This document shows positions 61,371 to 64,000 of a DNA stretch of 64,000 nt, piece after piece; within the stretch, counting starts at the first letter, position 1; each line of letters starts with the position of its first letter. Both the position numbers and the translations under genes were made by a program. Source of the stretch: Yuukianura sp. NJ FZ-2021 (lineage: Eukaryota); the NCBI GenBank assembly GCA_046563655.1, contig CM102283.1:9424001-9488000 (forward strand), in the 5' to 3' direction. The notes beneath the pieces are model-generated. The model saw only the letters and a list, made by a program, of their open reading frames with translations, did no database searches and was not told where the DNA came from.

Positions 61371-64000
61371 TTACTTGAGACGTAGTCGTCCTTCACCGAA
61401 GAACCACATACAAATACGATCCAGGACGAACGAACCAACTACATCCATCGCCAGTAGTAAAAACATTGCTTTTTGGAGCTAACAAAGATCACAAAATTTA
61501 ACACAAAACTGTTTTGTTTTTAAAAAAGTTAAAAAAAAAACGACTTACCTCGAATGGAATTGGAACAATTTCAAATTGTTGATTGAAATCAGGGATGATT
61601 CCACTGATTAAACAGACAACTGCTCCCGTAGCCATTAGAATACTGTAGAAAAATGGTTTGTTCTCTGTCACACTTTCCATAAAAGGATGACCCTGTACAA
61701 AATTAAGTTTTTAGAGAAGGATTTAAAAAATGTCGTTTTTTGAAATTCATACATACCCGGTAGTTGACCAGAAAAGTTGTAACTTGGAGTGACAATGAGA
61801 TGATGTAGACCACCGAGTTGAGAAGATTTGGTGAAAATTTCTTTTCCAGATCAACTTTTGCCGGACTAAAAAATTAAGAAAAAGTTATGACAAACTCATC
61901 ACTTTTGAAAGTTTTTTGAAGGTTATGAAATACAAAGTTTTACCGATCTTCTGGGGCAAACTGAACTGAGAGTTGTACAATGTATATCAGTACAACAAAA
62001 TGAAGGAAGAATTGCATAAAAACGGTGAGAAGCGTGTAGATATTGAAGATATTCGGAAGTGGTCGCTTTTTTGATAATGATTTCAGTGGCTAAAACCAAA
62101 CAGAAATGATCAAAATTGAAGCTTAGCTATTAAAAATCATCCAAAACTGGACAAATACTCACCTTCGAGTGAGAAATGAAGAAGAAACAGGCAGCCAATA
62201 GGAGTCCATGGAACGTCGCTTGAGAATCGCTCAGTTTGACTCCATCCAGATATAGCACTGATTGGGAGTACGCCAAGATGAGTGCATTCAGCGCCAGTAT
62301 TTTGAACATTTGCAGCGTCGTAACCAATGTACAGCGTCCTTGCTTTATCACATGACAAACTACAACAACAACAAAAAATTGAACAGTTTTTAAAAATCTT
62401 CCTACCACCGCCAAATTTGAAAGCGTAGCTTACTGCATTCAATGGAAGCCATTTTGGACGAGAAAGGCGCAGCGATTGAAGCGTCTCCCAGTTTCACAAT
62501 TTGTCCTTTCTCTTGCTCCTCCAATTCCTTTAGCATTTGCTTCAGTTGCTTATCCATTGAAGATTCCTTTGGCGCTGCAGAGTTGGCTGGAATAGCTCGT
62601 CTTGCTCCTCCTCTAACTGGATTCCGCTGCACTGGAATCGGTTTAGCTTCTTTCTCTTTTCCAGTCGCTGGAGAACTTCCAGTTTCGTTTCCCTGTTTAG
62701 CTAATTGTGCCAAAATCGTTTGTTTCTTCTCTACCCATTCAGGACAATGTGAAAGTATAGCTACTCCCACGTGAGCATGTTTCAAAGCACCAACCTGGAT
62801 TTCAAAATTCAAAATCAGCATTTCAAAAAATTACACTTTTTTGAAAAACTTACATCGTTCGTTCCATCTCCACACATGAGTGTAAAGTGTCCACAGTTTT
62901 TGATTCCATTGATGATCCACTCTTTTTGCTTAGGAGCCATTCTTGCAAAAACGATAATGTGTGGGAGGAGTCTAGACAGTTGGCCAATCAAGTTCTTCTC
63001 CTGGTATGACATTATTCTTAGCAATCCGTCTCCGGTAAGGCAGAGGTTATACTTTGAAACAAGCTCTCTAAAGTTCAAAAACAAGTTAAAAAAAATTCAA
63101 AATGGAAAAGTTCAAAATTATCAAAGTTTGACAAAACAACATGTGCTTATCGGTTACCGTTGGTCAGTGGATTCAAATGGCAAGATAATTTCTCCATCAA
63201 TCGATTCCCACTTCATACTTTCCGGAACAAAGATCAGAATTTCCGAGCGCGAAGTCATTTTCAGTTGCTTGGCAACGTGACAAGCAGTCAGCGGATTGTC
63301 ACCGGTTATCATCACGACCTGCAAGATAAAAGTTAAGTTGAATATCACTAATGGTGGAAGGATAGCCCTCGATAAAACTCGATACTATCGACTGGATAGT
63401 CTCGATAATCGATATCTCACCTTATGTGATGAATGCATAATTTCGTGAATGACTTTCTTGGAATCTGGTTTGAGTGGACAAGAAATGATAATGAATCCAA
63501 GGAATTTCAACTCCGACTCAACGTCTTCTCTCGTCAGCTGTCGAACGTCTTGGTGACTCAAATTGCCAAGTTGCTTGCAACCAAGTGCCAGGACACGAGA
63601 ACCTTCTCGAGTATGTGACAAATAAGCTGCTTCGTAGTGTTTCGGTAGTTTCGAAAACTGGAAAACAACAAGTTTTTGCACTTTTGTGAAAAAAAAACTT
63701 AAAAAGTGAAGACTTTGACTTACCATAGACTGCATAACCTCCGGAGCACCTTTGACTGCCGCAAAGTAGTTCGTTTGGAGTCCATCCGCCACTCCAGCGA
63801 CTACTGACATTCTCTTCAACGATGCATTGAAGTGAAATCGATGAAAAATCTTTACTCCACGAAGATTGCTGTGAGAGCTCGTCTTCTTCGGAACTGCCAC
63901 GTCCTTGTTCAAATCCCATCCAATCCACTTGAGTGCTTCTTTCTCCAGGGGATCTCCAACTATCGTTCCATCTTCCATGGTAACCAGGGCGTGACAACTT
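61371..64000 (-). CDS. ATP13A1: P5A-type ATPase, 3' part; gene continues right of the window
   Basis: [82 protein letters not shown]; stop at 61371-61373. Confidence 0.97.

Overview
AT-rich eukaryotic DNA with many short introns, from an arthropod (possibly a springtail-like hexapod; host identity is inference). Gene order: 5' exons of a calcitonin/DH31-type class B GPCR (-); a small CHHC zinc-finger gene (+); about 17 kb without recognisable CDS; an intact RLE-type (CRE-like) non-LTR retrotransposon with a 14-bp TSD; an SLC5 transporter; a secreted peptide-precursor-like gene; PAL; an FMRFamide-receptor-like GPCR with a Cys-rich ectodomain; two paralogous orphan genes; a six-Cys secreted protein; neugrin and OSTF1; IntS11; an orphan with a myristoylation motif; the TRPV channel inactive, carrying an intronic hAT element; a GMC oxidoreductase; and the 3' part of ATP13A1. 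Best candidates for novelty: (1) the retrotransposon's single ORF fuses an ING-type PHD finger and an RFX-like winged helix to RT and RLE, and the element sits in promoter-like DNA; (2) neugrin and OSTF1 are divergent genes whose start codons share one palindromic CATG; (3) the hAT insertion is flanked by a 40-bp duplication that copies a splice donor. All gene models were assembled by eye and no database searches were run.
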